A stretch of DNA of 64,000 bases. Origin: Macrostomum lignano. Lineage: Eukaryota. Where the stretch lies: contig NIVC01003597.1 of NCBI GenBank assembly GCA_002269645.1, positions 24,701-88,700 of the forward strand, given 5' to 3'. Under the pieces are notes generated by a model. It was not told the origin of the DNA. It searched no databases and saw nothing but the letters and a program-made list of their open reading frames with translations. Below are positions 1-13,891 of this stretch, in pieces. Each line of letters starts with the position of its first letter. The first letter of the stretch is position 1. The position numbers and the translations under genes were made by a program.

Positions 1-397
1 AGTAGTCCTTAAATGGCCATTAATTTTTTTTATATTATTAATTATACTGGATTAATTAGGCCTATATTATTTTACTAAGCTGAAGTTTTATGTTTAAAAC
101 TGAAGTCTAGGGTAAAAGAATAATGTTTTCACTATATATTAACATGACAAATAGAAAAAAAAACATTTTAGCCTAGGCTAAACTTGAAGACAAATATAGC
201 TGTACTCAGTAAGTATTATAGACAATATGTTTTTTGTTTATTTAGCAATATGGCTTGTAGTTTTTATAGCTTTTGTTGTTAATACAATAATATTTTGAAG
301 CCTAAGATATTTATTTCCTTACTTATTAAGACAGTTTTGTATAGTAGGATATATACTATTGTTAGACTTACCTCAAGGTATTGCCCTAACTATAGGC

Positions 398-941
398 CTA
401 GCTTTGGCGGGAGGGAGGGAGGAGGAGAGAGGAGGGAAAGAGAAAAATAGGGGAAAGAGAAGCAAGGGGAGAGGGAAGAGATGAGAAGGAGAAAGAAGAG
501 AGATGAGATAAGAGAGAAAGGAAAAAGTAGAGAAGAGAGAAAAGAGAAGAGAAAAAAGGAGAAAGGAGAGATGGAGAAATTAAAGGGAAGAGAAAAGAGG
601 AGAAAGGAGAGATGGAGAAAGTAAAGGGAAGAGAAAAGAGATAAGATTGTAGAAATGAGAGAGATGAAAGAAGAGATGAGATAAAGGAGAGTGGAGAGAA
701 AAGAGAGGGAGAGTAGAGAAGAAGGTAGAGAAGAGAAGAGAAAGGAAAGAGAGGAGTCAAAAGAGGGGAAAGAAAAGAGTACAGAGGAGAGATAGATATG
801 AGAGAAGAAATGAGACAGGAAAGAGTAGATAGGAGAGAGAATCGAGAAGAGAGGAGAGAGGATCGAGAAGAGGGAGGAGTAGAAAGATGATAGGAGAGAT
901 GAAAAATGAGAACAGAGACAGGAGAGGGGAGAAGAGGAAAT

Positions 942-1014
<73 letters not shown>
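398..1014. repeat. Purine-rich (G/A) low-complexity tract ending in a (GA)n microsatellite (~945-1014)
   Basis: + strand is almost entirely A/G for ~600 bp; pure GA dinucleotide run at the 3' end. Confidence 0.95.
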
Positions 1015-2447
1015 CTCTACCTAACCTAATCTAGTTTTTTATCAGTGCAATAGAGAGAGAATTAACTAGAAACAAATATTTTGTCGTTCATTGCAAAGCA
1101 GATATTTATTGATCTCACATTGGTTTCATTCCAGGTGTGCCAATTCATCCAATCTAGATGTTCATCCATCAATGTCTGATGAGCTACCATGGTGAAGTAC
1201 GGTACTTATGATTCATTATGCTTTGTGATTTCAAGAGATTTTTTGGACAGAATGACTCGATTGATATGGAAGTTCAAGTTTAAAATACATACATAGGCTT
1301 ACTTTTAGTTTTTTGCTTAGTTTTCTTATTTCGCATGCATTTTTATGAAATTAGAAGTTTTTATATCGAAAGTGAACTTTAATACAAATAAAGTTGGTGA
1401 TACTGTACAAGTTTTATTTGACTCCTACTGTTCATTTGAACAGCAAAAGAAAGATTATGAATGTTGGAGTCCTTGTTGGGCTGGTGTGCCAAGAATTCAA
1501 AAATACTACGCCTTTCTTGATTTTGATAATACTGGTTTTTGATAGTGAAGTGTATAACGCCTTTGCAGCCTGCTCAACTCTGTACAGATTATCTGCTTTA
1601 TAAAGCTTCAAAACTGCAGGATATAAAGCATGGTCTGCTACTTTATCGAGACTAGGAGGCTATGGTTGAAAAAACAAACTTTATATTCATTTTGACTGCA
1701 ATGAAATATTGCGTATTGCCGTTACTTTACTGTACGCCCGCCGCTCCTACATGTAGATATAGCGCCAAACTTTGCATCATGTGAAAGAGAACAAAATTTT
1801 GAGCAACCTGGCGAAAAAATTATCATTCTAGGTGCAACCAGTCCGGAGTTATGAGCATTTAAAGTTTAGCTGCAATGCAAACAAGCGGGCCTTCAAATAA
1901 TTTTGCAATATTTACAAGTGTTGCGTCCTGATGCAACGGTGACTTCTAGTGGTCCTTGTCTGTGAGCTGGACCAATTTATTTTCTGGACATCTTATTCAA
2001 ATCGAAATCTATGTTGACTTTTATATAGGCCGGAAAAACATAATATAACTACAGAATTTTGTATATTGTCGGACGTCTCTTAGAACGGCTAATCGACAAA
2101 AATCTTGAAACCTCCGCCAATTTCTTGCAGTTCATTTTTTATTTCGTATTTAGTTGGGGAATTAAAAGAACACGAGAAAAACTCACACTTTGTCAAGCGG
2201 CTGTTTACTGACGAATGTTTATAGTTTAATAAAACATTAGATTAAACAAAGAATCAAGTAAATTGTTTATTAAGTTTATCTACACACATGGCAACGAAAT
2301 TTGCGCTAATAAATTTTGCTTTTTTAATGAACATTAGTTCAGCTAATAGAAATTAGGCGGAAATGTTGTGTGTGGTGTGGCCTACTTGTAAGGGCAGAAT
2401 TAATTCAAACTGTTCTTTTGATGAATTCCAACACATGGTCACTCCAT

Positions 2448-2953
2448 CTCCCCGTCACTCCAGCTCCCCGTCACTCCAGCTCCCCGTCACTCCAGCTCCC
2501 CGTCACTCCAGCTCCCCGTCACTCCAGCTCCCCGTCACTCCAGCTCCACGTCACTCCAGCTCCCCGTCACTCCAGCTCCCCGTCACTCCAGCTCCCCGTC
2601 ACTCCAGCTCCCCGTCACTCCAGCTCCCCGTCACTCCAGCTCCACGTCACTCCAGCTCCCCGTCACTCCAGCTCCACGTCACTCCAGCTCCCCGTCACTC
2701 CAGCTCCCCGTCACTCCAGCTCTCCGTCACTCCAGCTCCCCGTCACTCCAGCTCCCCGTCACTCCAGCTCCACGTCACTCCAGCTCCCCGTCACTCCAGC
2801 TCCCCGTCACTCCAGCTCCCCGTCACTCCAGCTCCCCGTCACTCCAGCTCCCCGTGACTCCAGCTCCCCGTCACTCCAGCTCCCCGTCACTCCAGCTCCC
2901 CGTGACTCCAGCTCCCCGTCACTCCAGCTCCCCGTCACTCCAGCTCCCCGTCA
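2448..2953. repeat. 16-bp minisatellite (CTCCCCGTCACTCCAG)n, ~31 units
   Basis: Direct reading of tandem units with few variants (CCAC/CCCC, GTGA/GTCA). Confidence 0.97.
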
Positions 2954-2954
2954 G

Positions 2955-4856
<1,902 letters not shown>

Positions 4857-5637
4857 GCCCGAATGTTTCCTGGCTTGCTTTTGCGGAGCAGTTAAGCTGC
4901 ACAGTGCTTGCTGTTTGGGACTGAGTTTTCAAGAATTCTTCTTTGTATGCGAGTATGACTTGTCTAATCTTATCTATGCGTCAAAGTTTGCCTGTACAAT
5001 CGGTGTCCAACGCAGGTCTGTGTGGGTTGCAGACTGAGACCAATCCGAGTTTTCCACTATCGTTCGACTCTCGCAACTAGAAAATTATACATAATTTTCC
5101 ATTTTTAGGTGACACAACCGAGGCCTTAGATTTCAAGAATTGATCGTTATGTGGTCCTACTTGGGAACAATATACTACTGACTAAAATAGCCCAAAGGCA
5201 AAAACAGCCGATGAGAAAGTTGCTTTATGGTTCAAAGTTGATAATTTTGTCAAACTTTCAGGCAACACAGATACAAAATTAACTAAATTGGTCACTCGCA
5301 AAAATCAACTACTCGTTCTCAGTAGCAAAATTTGCGTTTTTTGCCCTAATGATCGTAAAATCAAAGAAAAACATTATTCAATTTTACAAGCTATTTAAAG
5401 TTTCTGAAGCTGCAATAATCGCCTTCAACTACTAAAAGCAGACCCATTAAACTAGCATCTTAGCCTATACCAGACCCCACCACAGACTCGAAATTTAAAA
5501 AAATCAATTTTAGACTGTCCTGAAGATTTGCAGAGAAACTTAAAAAAGCCAAATCCAGTGAATAGCGAGCAAGAGAGAAAGGGGTGGCTGCCGCAGCCAG
5601 ACCAATAAACAGTTTGGCTTTCCTCTTGTCCGCTTGC

Positions 5638-5775
5638 GTCTGACTTTGACATATCTTTCGTTTAATGCTCTCTCATTGGCTGAGCTAGATTCGACCTGCC
5701 CCCCCCCCAGGCTGAGTTTCGTCCGTCTGACTTTGAAGTCTGTCCTTGCTGCTCTCTCATTGGCTGAGCTAGATG
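5638..5775 (-). promoter_or_regulatory. Duplicated upstream module with two AGCCAATGAG (CCAAT/NF-Y-type) boxes, ~800 bp 5' of the innexin ATG
   Basis: GCTCTCTCATTGGCTGAGCTAGAT occurs twice, with ATTGG at 5675 and 5759; CGTCTGACTTTGA is also duplicated. Confidence 0.45.
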
Positions 5776-6408
5776 TGACATTAAATTTAAGCAACACTGC
5801 GCAGACAAACTACTGAAAATAGACTAGACGCTTGACTTTTTCACAGCTTTAACTGCGAGTGACACACGGCTCGTATCTAGTTTATTCCAGTATCTGCACC
5901 TGAGACCAAATACGAGCGACCAAACCTTTCATATTACATGTAAAATCAGTAAAAAGCGTCATAGTTATTTTTTGAAAAAGGCCAACATATACAGTTATTC
6001 ACCATTCTTACTACTTGTACTTATAAATAGCAGTAAGGCATGTTGAAGCAAACTAGAATTTTTCTATCAGAATGGCTCAACTGATATCAATTTGTCAATC
6101 GGATATCCAAGCACTGGTAAGTAGCATTACGTACGAGTATACATGCTAAAGAAATGTATTTATTTTTCAAAATCACTAAAGACCTTCTTAAATCGAAGGC
6201 GGTATTAAATATATTCTTAAACTCCAAACCCATTTCCCTGGGTCCTCTAGCACTTCCTGTGTCTTGTATAGCATCTGGCACTGTGGCTTCCTAGCGCTTA
6301 TTCTTCATATGCGTTTACTAGTTTGTCTATGGCCCAAATGGCTCCGAATTCAGTACAGTCAGTCAACGACTAAAGAAGCGAGAGATGAAGACTTTACTAA
6401 AATAAATT

Positions 6409-6958
6409 CCCTGTGTCCTCAAGCACTAACTGTGTCCTCAAGCACAAACTGTGTCCTCAAGCACTCCCTGTGTCCTCAAGCACTCCCTGTGTCCTCAAGC
6501 ACTCCCTGTGTCCTCAAGCACTAACTGTGTCCTCAAGCACTAACTGTGTCCTCAAGCACTAACTGTGTCCTCAAGCACAAACTGTGTCCTCAAGCACTCC
6601 CTGTGTCCTCAAGCACTCCCTGTGTCCTCAAGCACTCCCTGTGTCCTCAAGCACTCCCTGTGTCCTCAAGCACTAACTGTGTCCTCAAGCACTAACTGTG
6701 TCCTCAAGCACTAACTGTGTCCTCAAGCACTAACTGTGTCCTCAAGCACAACTGTGTCCTCAAGCACTAACTGTGTCCTCAAGCACTAACTGTGTCCTCA
6801 AGCACTAACTGTGTCCTCAAGCACAACTGTGTCCTCAAGCACTAACTGTGTCCTCAAGCACTAACTGTGTCCTCAAGCACAACTGTGTCCTCAAGCACTA
6901 ACTGTGTCCTCAAGCACTAACTGTGTCCTCAAGCACTAACGGTGTCCTCAAGCACTCT
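6409..6958. repeat. 19-bp minisatellite (CTGTGTCCTCAAGCACTAA / ...CTCC variants)
   Basis: Tandem units read directly. Confidence 0.96.
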
Positions 6959-7464
6959 ATGTGTCCTCCTCTGACATTTACTGCGTCCTCTCTAGCACTT
7001 CAATGATTCTGCCCATAATTATTTTCATTAGACGATGGGGCGAAAAAATCTAAAACACCAAAACAGAGTCTTATTCATACGTTACCCAAGGTGTATGATT
7101 TAAGTTTTATCTACTTCAATTAGAAAATCTTTTTATCAGAATATGTTTTCGCTTGCGGATGTGGAGAAAAAGCAGGATATGAGATCGTACAATGAACCCA
7201 GATATATTGTAAAACAGCGAATCCCAAGCAACTAACAACTATTTGTGACGCGGATGTAATATTGTTACTTCTACCACCCTCAACGCGGATGCCAACTATT
7301 CGAAAAATACCAACCCCCCCACCCCAAGCCTGTGTCAACATATACTAGAACTTCTCTTACTTTCAGTCAGTCTCAACCCCCAGAGATCCAAAAATAGATT
7401 AGCAAATGTACCTTGGCCTGACCCGTGCACCCCCGACCCACCGGAGCGAGTGTACGTTCAGCAC

Positions 7465-7570
7465 CGCGGGGCGGGCGGAGTTGCATTGAAATAAATTCAA
7501 GTCGACAACAGGGGGCGCGTGCACCAATGTGTCTGCTACTGACTGAACTCCTGTGAAGGCTATAAATTTA
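7465..7570 (+). promoter_or_regulatory. Putative core promoter of the ETS gene (GC boxes, CCAAT, TATAAAT at 7561)
   Basis: GGGGCGGGCGG, CCAAT and TATAAAT lie ~100 bp upstream of the ATG at 7661. Confidence 0.45.
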
Positions 7571-7660
7571 GAGCCTTTTTTTAGAACTTAAATGCGACAA
7601 TAGCCTTTGAGTTCATCCGAGTCTTACTGAGCTTCACTTCGCTTGTGTTTACACCCCATC

Positions 7661-10471
7661 ATGGCTCCATTCGTCAAACCGCAGGAAACGTTGAAAGCAG
7701 AGAAAACCGAACTGCAATCGGAGGTTCAATCCGATTCGGATGTGACTCAGCAACTCCTGGCTGATCAGGATGCTGCAGCCATTGCTGGTCATCTGGAGCT
7801 GCCGCTGAGCAGAATTGATGGTGAGACTGAGTTTTGAGCACATAAATGGCTTAAAAATAGCCTTCAGATTTATGTTGCAGCTAGATCTTGGATTTTAGGT
7901 TGCAGATCTTAGATTTTAGGTTGCCGATCTTGGACCTTAGATTTTAGGTTGCAGATCTTGGATTTTAGGTTGCAGATCTTAGATTTTAGGTTGCAGATCT
8001 TGGACCTTAGATTTTAGGTTGCAGATCTTGGATTTTAGGTTGCAGATCTTGGACCTTAGATTTTAGGTTGCAGATCTTGGATTTTAGGTTGCAGATCTTA
8101 GATTTTAGGTTGCCGATCTTGGACCTTAGATTTTAGGTTGCAGATCTTGGATTTTAGGTTGCAGATCTTAGATTTTAGGTTGCAGATCTTGGACCTTAGA
8201 TTTTAGGTTGCAGATCTTAGATTTTAGGTTGCCGATCTTGGACCTTAGATTTTAGGTTGCAGATCTTGGATTTTAGGTTGCAGATCTTAGATTTTAGGTT
8301 GCAGATCTTGGACCTTAGATTTTAGGTTGCAGATCTTGGATTTTAGGTTGCAGATCTTAGATTTTAGGTTGCAGATCTTAGATTTCAGGTTGTAGATCTT
8401 AGATTTTAGGTTTCAGATCTTGGATTTTAGGTTGCAGATCTTAGATTTTAGGTTGCAGATCTTAGATTTTAGGTTGCCGATCTTAGATTTTAGGTTGCAG
8501 ATCTTAGATTTTAGGTTGCAGATCTTAGATTTTAGGTTGCAGATCTTAGATTTTAGGTTGCAGATCTTAGATTTTAGGTTGCCGATCTTGGACCTTAGAT
8601 TTTAGGTTGCAGATCTTAGATTTTAGGTTGCAGATCTTAGATTTCAGGTTGTAGATCTTAGATTTCAGGTTGTAGATCTTAGATTTTAGGTTGCAGATCT
8701 TAGATTTTAGGTTGCCGATCTTGGACCTTAGATTTTAGGTTGCAGATCTTGGATTTTAGGTTGCAGATCTTAGATTTTAGGTTGCAGATCTTGGACCTTA
8801 GATTTTAGGTTGCAGATCTTAGATTTTAGGTTGCAGATCTTGGATTTTAGGTTGCAGATCTTGGACCTTAGATTTTAGGTTGCAGATCTTGGATTTTAGG
8901 TTGCAGATCTTAGATTTTAGGTTGCAGATCTTAGATTTCAGGTTGTAGATCTTAGATTTTAGGTTGCAGATCTTGGATTTTAGGTTGCAGATCTTAGATT
9001 TTAGGTTGCAGATCTTGGATTTTAGGTTGCAGATCTTGGATTTTAGGTTGCAGATCTTAGATTTTAGGTTGCAGATCTTAGATTTTAGGTTGCAGATCTT
9101 AGATTTTAGGTTGCAGATCTTAGATTTTAGGTTGCCGATCTTGGACCTTAGATTTTAGGTTGCAGATCTTAGATTTTAGGTTGCAGATCTTAGATTTTAG
9201 GTTGCCGATCTTGGACCTTAGATTTTAGGTTGCAGATCTTGGACCTTAGATTTTAGGTTGCAGATCTTAGATTTCAGGTTGTAGATCTTGGATTTTAGGT
9301 TGCAGATCTTGGATTTTAGGTTGCAGATCTTAGCTTTTAGTTTTCAGGTCTTAGATTTTAGGTTGCCAAACTCAGACTTATCATAGTTAAAGTAGAAACT
9401 GTGAGTGCAATATGATTTTTATTCAATTAAGCTTGCATATCAGATGCCATTAGTTCGGGTCATCAACTCGCACAATTTATTAAACATTTCAGAATGGACA
9501 TCCGAGCAGAAGCGAACATGGCTAAAGTGCATGCTAGTTAAGCACATCAATTGGCAAGCCATGGAGCCAGCTCAACGAGAAGCGACGGCCCAGCAGCTCA
9601 ACGCTGTCAATGATTCACTGCAGACCAACTTGAACGCTTCGTTAGATAGCCTAATTAGTTTGGTTGAGTTCAAGCTCACCTGTCAGGTGCTTGGGCAGAT
9701 TCTACAAAATGAGCTGGCTGTTTGGCGAAGAGGTAAGCGCTGTTTAGCATCAAGGAGGTTTGAAATCGCGCGTTTTTTGTTAATTAGAAAGGAATTATAA
9801 ACATGGATACTGCATAGTGAACGGGTGGTTTTATTGAGAAGAGAACCGTTTTAAACTACGGATTCTAATATGAATTAATAAACTGTTTCTAGCTTCTCAA
9901 GTAGACAGCATTTAAGTGGATATATAGATCTAGATTGTAGATTTAGGTTTGATGATAAATTCTATGACCCCGCCTGAATGAATGCGCACACCTAACTACT
10001 AACAGCAGGAAGAAGGGAATTGCAGCAGTCCACATCAACTTGGAGACGCCACCAGCTATCCTTAAGTTTCGACAGTGAAAACGGCAGCAGCAGCAGCGGC
10101 AGCAGCGGCAGCAGCAGCGGCGGCGGTCGGCGAGGCAACAACGAAGGCGACCTGCTATGGGAGCACATCCTACGACTGCTGGAGACTGGCAACCCGCGGT
10201 TCGCTGGGTGCAACCGGAGCTCGGCAGGTTTCAGTTCGTCAGCAGCAGTTCAGCCGCCAGGTCGTGGGGCGGCACGAAACGCAATCGAAATATGAGCTTT
10301 GAGAAGATGAGCCGCTCCATCAGGCAGTACTATCGCCCGAAATCCGGCCTGATGCTGAAAGTGCCTAACAAGGGCCGGCTGCAGTACCAATTCAACGTCA
10401 ATCATCCGCAAATTGTCCGATTCTTGAAGGAGAACTTTCCTAATTCGGGCTGTCTAGCGAGGAAGCTCTGA
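7661..10471 (+). CDS. PNT + ETS domain transcription factor (SPDEF/Ets98B-like); exons 7661-7820, 9493-9732, 10006-10471; 1-nt frameshift at ~10193-10195; ~288 aa if corrected
   Basis: Exon 2 is Pointed-like (EWTSEQKRTWL...GQILQNEL). Exon 3 has ETS motifs LLWEHILRLL, then in a shifted frame AVRWVQ..FQF..WG..K..NMSFEKMSRSIRQYY..RLQYQF; SRSIRQYY resembles the PDEF subfamily. All splice junctions are phase 1 and compatible. Confidence 0.85.
7880..9365. repeat. 21-bp minisatellite (TTTTAGGTTGCAGATCTTAGA) with 30-bp variant units (…TTGGACCTTAGA), in ETS intron 1
   Basis: ~1.5 kb tandem array. Confidence 0.97.
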
Positions 10472-10870
10472 CAGTTTGTTGGTCTCAGTTTCAATTCCAA
10501 GTTACAATTACAGGTTTTGCAGGGGAACCTATACGTATGATTTATTGCCAAGTTCAGCTGGTTCATTTGGCTATACATTAATCCCATGTTAATGTTGCGG
10601 CGGCAATTAGCGTACTGTATAAAATAATACCAAAAAGCTAAAAAGCATCTCGTAAATTACACTGACGTTTGTTGTTTTATCTTTTACAACACTCTACGAA
10701 TGTAATATACACCAATATGAAGGTGATAGATATAATATCATCTATTTACTCCTGTGCTTTTTAAAAAATTAATTTAAAAAAAAAATCTTTAATTCTTTAA
10801 TATTTTTAATTATTTTTAGAACATCTTGGCACAGTTTATTGTTAAGATAACAGTAGTCATACACGTAGTC

Positions 10871-12838
10871 TAGAGATTCCTCTGATAGAGATTCTTTGAA
10901 TAGAGATTCTTAGAATAGACATTCTTAGAATAGAGATTCTTAGAATAGAGATTCTCTGAATAGAGATTCCTTGAATAGAGATTCCTTGAATAGAGATTCT
11001 TAGAGTAGAGATTCTTAGAATATAGATTCTTAGAATAGAGATTCTTTAAATAGAGATTCTTTGAATAGAGATTCTTTGAATAGAGATTCTTAGAATAGAG
11101 ATTCTTAGAATAGAGATTCTTAGAATAGAGATTCTTTGAATAGAGATTCTTAGAATAGAGATTCTTAGAATAGAGATTCTTAGAGTAGAGATTCTTAGAA
11201 TATAGATTCTTAGAATAGAGATTCTCTGAATAGAGATTCCTTGAATAGAGATTCTTTGAATAGAGATTCTTAGAATAGACATTCTTAGAATATAGATTCT
11301 TAGAATAGAGATTCTTAGAATAGAGATTCTTAGAATAGAGATTCTTTGAATAGAGATTCTTAGAATAGAGATTCTTAGAATAGAGATTCTTAGAGTAGAG
11401 ATTCTTAGAATATAGATTCTTAGAATAGAGATTCTCTGAATAGAGATTCCTTGAATAGAGATTCTTTGAATAGAGATTCTTAGAATAGACATTCTTAGAA
11501 TATAGATTCTTAGAATAGAGATTCTTTGAATAGAGATTCTTAGAATAGAGATTCTTTGAATAGAGATTCTTAGAATAGACATTCTTAGAATAGAGATTCT
11601 TAGAATAGAGATTCTCTGAATAGAGATTCCTTGAATAGAGATTCCTTGAATAGAGATTCTTAGAGTAGAGATTCTTAGAATATAGATTCTTAGAATAGAG
11701 ATTCTTTAAATAGAGATTCTTTGAATAGAGATTCTTTGAATAGAGATTCTTAGAATAGAGATTCTTAGAATAGAGATTCTTAGAATAGAGATTCTTTGAA
11801 TAGAGATTCTTAGAATAGAGATTCTTAGAATAGAGATTCTTAGAGTAGAGATTCTTAGAATATAGATTCTTAGAATAGAGATTCTCTGAATAGAGATTCC
11901 TTGAATAGAGATTCTTTGAATAGAGATTCTTAGAATAGACATTCTTAGAATATAGATTCTTAGAATAGAGATTCTTTGAATAGAGATTCTTAGAATAGAG
12001 ATTCTTAGAATAGAGATTCTTAAAATAGAGATTCTTAGAATAGAGATTCTTAGAATAGAGATTCTTAGAATAGAGATGCTTTAAATAGAGATTCTTTGAA
12101 TAGAAATTCTTTGAATAGAGATTCTTTGAATAGAGATTCTTAGAATATAGATTCTTAGAATAGAGATTCTTTGAATAGAGATTCTTTGAATAGAGATTCT
12201 TTGAATAGAGATTCTTAGAATAGAGATTCTTTGAATAGAGATTCTTTGAATAGAGATGCTTTGAATAGAGATGCTTTGAATAGAGATTCTTTGAATAGAG
12301 ATGCTTTGAATAGAGATGCTTTGAATAGAGATGCTTTGAATAGAGATTCTTTGAATAGAGATGCTTTGAATAGAGATGCTTTGAATAGAGATTCTTTGAA
12401 TAGAGATGCTTTGAATAGAGATGCTTTGAATAGAGATTCTTTGAATAGAGATGCTTTGAATAGAGATGCTTTGAATAGAGATTCTTTGAATAGAGATGCT
12501 TTGAATAGAGATGCTTTGAATAGAGATGCTTTGAATAGAGATGCTTTGAATAGAGATGCTTTGAATAGAGATGCTTTGAATAGAGATGCTTTGAATAGAG
12601 ATGCTTTGAATAGAGATGCTTTGAATAGAGATGCTTTGAATAGAGATGCTTTGAATAGAGATGCTTTGAATAGAGATGCTTTGAATAGAGATGCTTTGAA
12701 TAGAGATGCTTTGAATAGAGATGCTTTGAATAGAGATGCTTTGAATAGAGATGCTTTGAATAGAGATGCTTTGAATAGAGATGCTTTGAATAGAGATGCT
12801 TTGAATAGAGATGCTTTGAATAGAGATGCTTTGAATAG
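10871..12838. repeat. 15-bp satellite (TAGAGATTCTTAGAA / TAGAGATGCTTTGAA) with higher-order structure
   Basis: ~130 units; the variant pattern recurs at 660-bp and 210-bp offsets. Confidence 0.98.
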
Positions 12839-13184
12839 TTAAACCAAACTCTGTTTAGCTAGCTAGACTCTAACTTTGCATGACAGCCAACTAGAATAGG
12901 AAAATGGATTATACACAGTGCACTGGAAAGCACACTCGATCACAGATGTGTCGTAAACCCGATTGCATGCAGTGTTGTAGCCGACTTGGTTACCGGACGG
13001 GTGGTAAGAAACTGGGTCATCAAGATATACAGATGATGAAAGTCTCTTTAGACCCGGCAGTGTATATATTGTTCGGGCAAGCGATGTGAAAAATTGAGAG
13101 AACATCCTCGAGCTAGACAAACTTTTTAGTCCTCAAAAGCCGCGTAAGTTCTAAAATAATTGAGTAGACAACTGATATTTTACA

Positions 13185-13448
13185 ATGCTGCCAAGAGACA
13201 CCACCCTGGCCTGCCTCGGCGTCCTCATCCTGATGCTGGGCTCAGTGGCGTCAACCTCAGCCATCATCGACGGAGCCTACCTGACCTGCTTGGAGCGCAC
13301 CTTTGCCGCCGACTGTTTCAACGACCGCGATTGTCTGTGCAGTTTGACTGAGCCGAGCTACAAGTGCCTGTACACCATGACTGGCCGACGGCAGTGCACT
13401 GTTGACTGGTCCTCGGTGAACGAAGAAGACCCGCTGATTGAGCGCTAG
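13185..13448 (+). CDS. Small secreted cysteine-rich protein, 87 aa, unknown family
   Basis: Hydrophobic N-terminal signal-like segment (LACLGVLILMLGSVASTSA), six Cys in the mature part, GC-rich codons against AT-rich flanks, AATAAA ~80 bp downstream. Confidence 0.7.
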   Translation: MLPRDTTLACLGVLILMLGSVASTSAIIDGAYLTCLERTFAADCFNDRDCLCSLTEPSYKCLYTMTGRRQCTVDWSSVNEEDPLIER

Positions 13449-13703
13449 TCTAGATACGAAGTATTTGACTTTTACTGCTTGAGAACAATAGCTGATGGTT
13501 ACAGTAAAAATTAATTATTTAAAAAAATAAATAGTAAGAGATCTGCAGCTGGCGGTTTTTATTCAAAATAAACCATAACCTTCAAGATCCTAATTATAAA
13601 TATACACGAAACGCTAAAAGAGAGCTGTCTGACTTAATTAATTCATCATTGATCCATTCCATCTTGAACACGTGTATGGAGGGCAGAATCATTTTTTAGC
13701 AGT

Positions 13704-13891
13704 CAAGGACTACTCAAGTAGAAGGACTGGAAACAAATCAAAAGATGAACATTGGGATCAGCCTCCTATCGAAAGCAACAACAATTTTTGTGCTGAAAAC
13801 TTCCCATCTCCGTAGTGTATTTTTTCGGAAAAACCGGCCTCCTAAAATTTTCCAAGAAACGCGGAGGTTTCCTCGACTTGAGTCGTCCTTG
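13704..13891. mobile_element. hAT-type MITE, family A (188 bp)
   Basis: TIRs CAAGGACTACTCAAGT / ACTTGAGTCGTCCTTG; 8-bp TSD TTAGCAGT/ATAGCAGT (7/8 match); similar to copies at 39259 and 56796. Confidence 0.85.

Noticed and set aside
398-760. 120-aa Ser/Leu/Phe-rich ORF
   Set aside because: Translation of the polypyrimidine strand of the GA tract; no coding evidence
1134-1603. Possible exon(s) of an upstream gene (CCAG|GTGTGC...; ORFs 1345-1542 and 1394-1603)
   Set aside because: No recognisable motif and no consistent exon chain could be built
6409-6958. CRISPR-like appearance of the regular repeats here and elsewhere
   Set aside because: Units are head-to-tail with no unique spacers, no cas genes, and the context is eukaryotic
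8420-12842. ILDFRLQ, ISILR and NRDAL repeat ORFs
   Set aside because: Stop-free translations of the 21-bp and 15-bp arrays; one is intronic in the ETS gene
12904-13089. 61-aa Cys-containing ORF upstream of the secreted peptide
   Set aside because: Short, no signal peptide, no clear domain or supported splice partner
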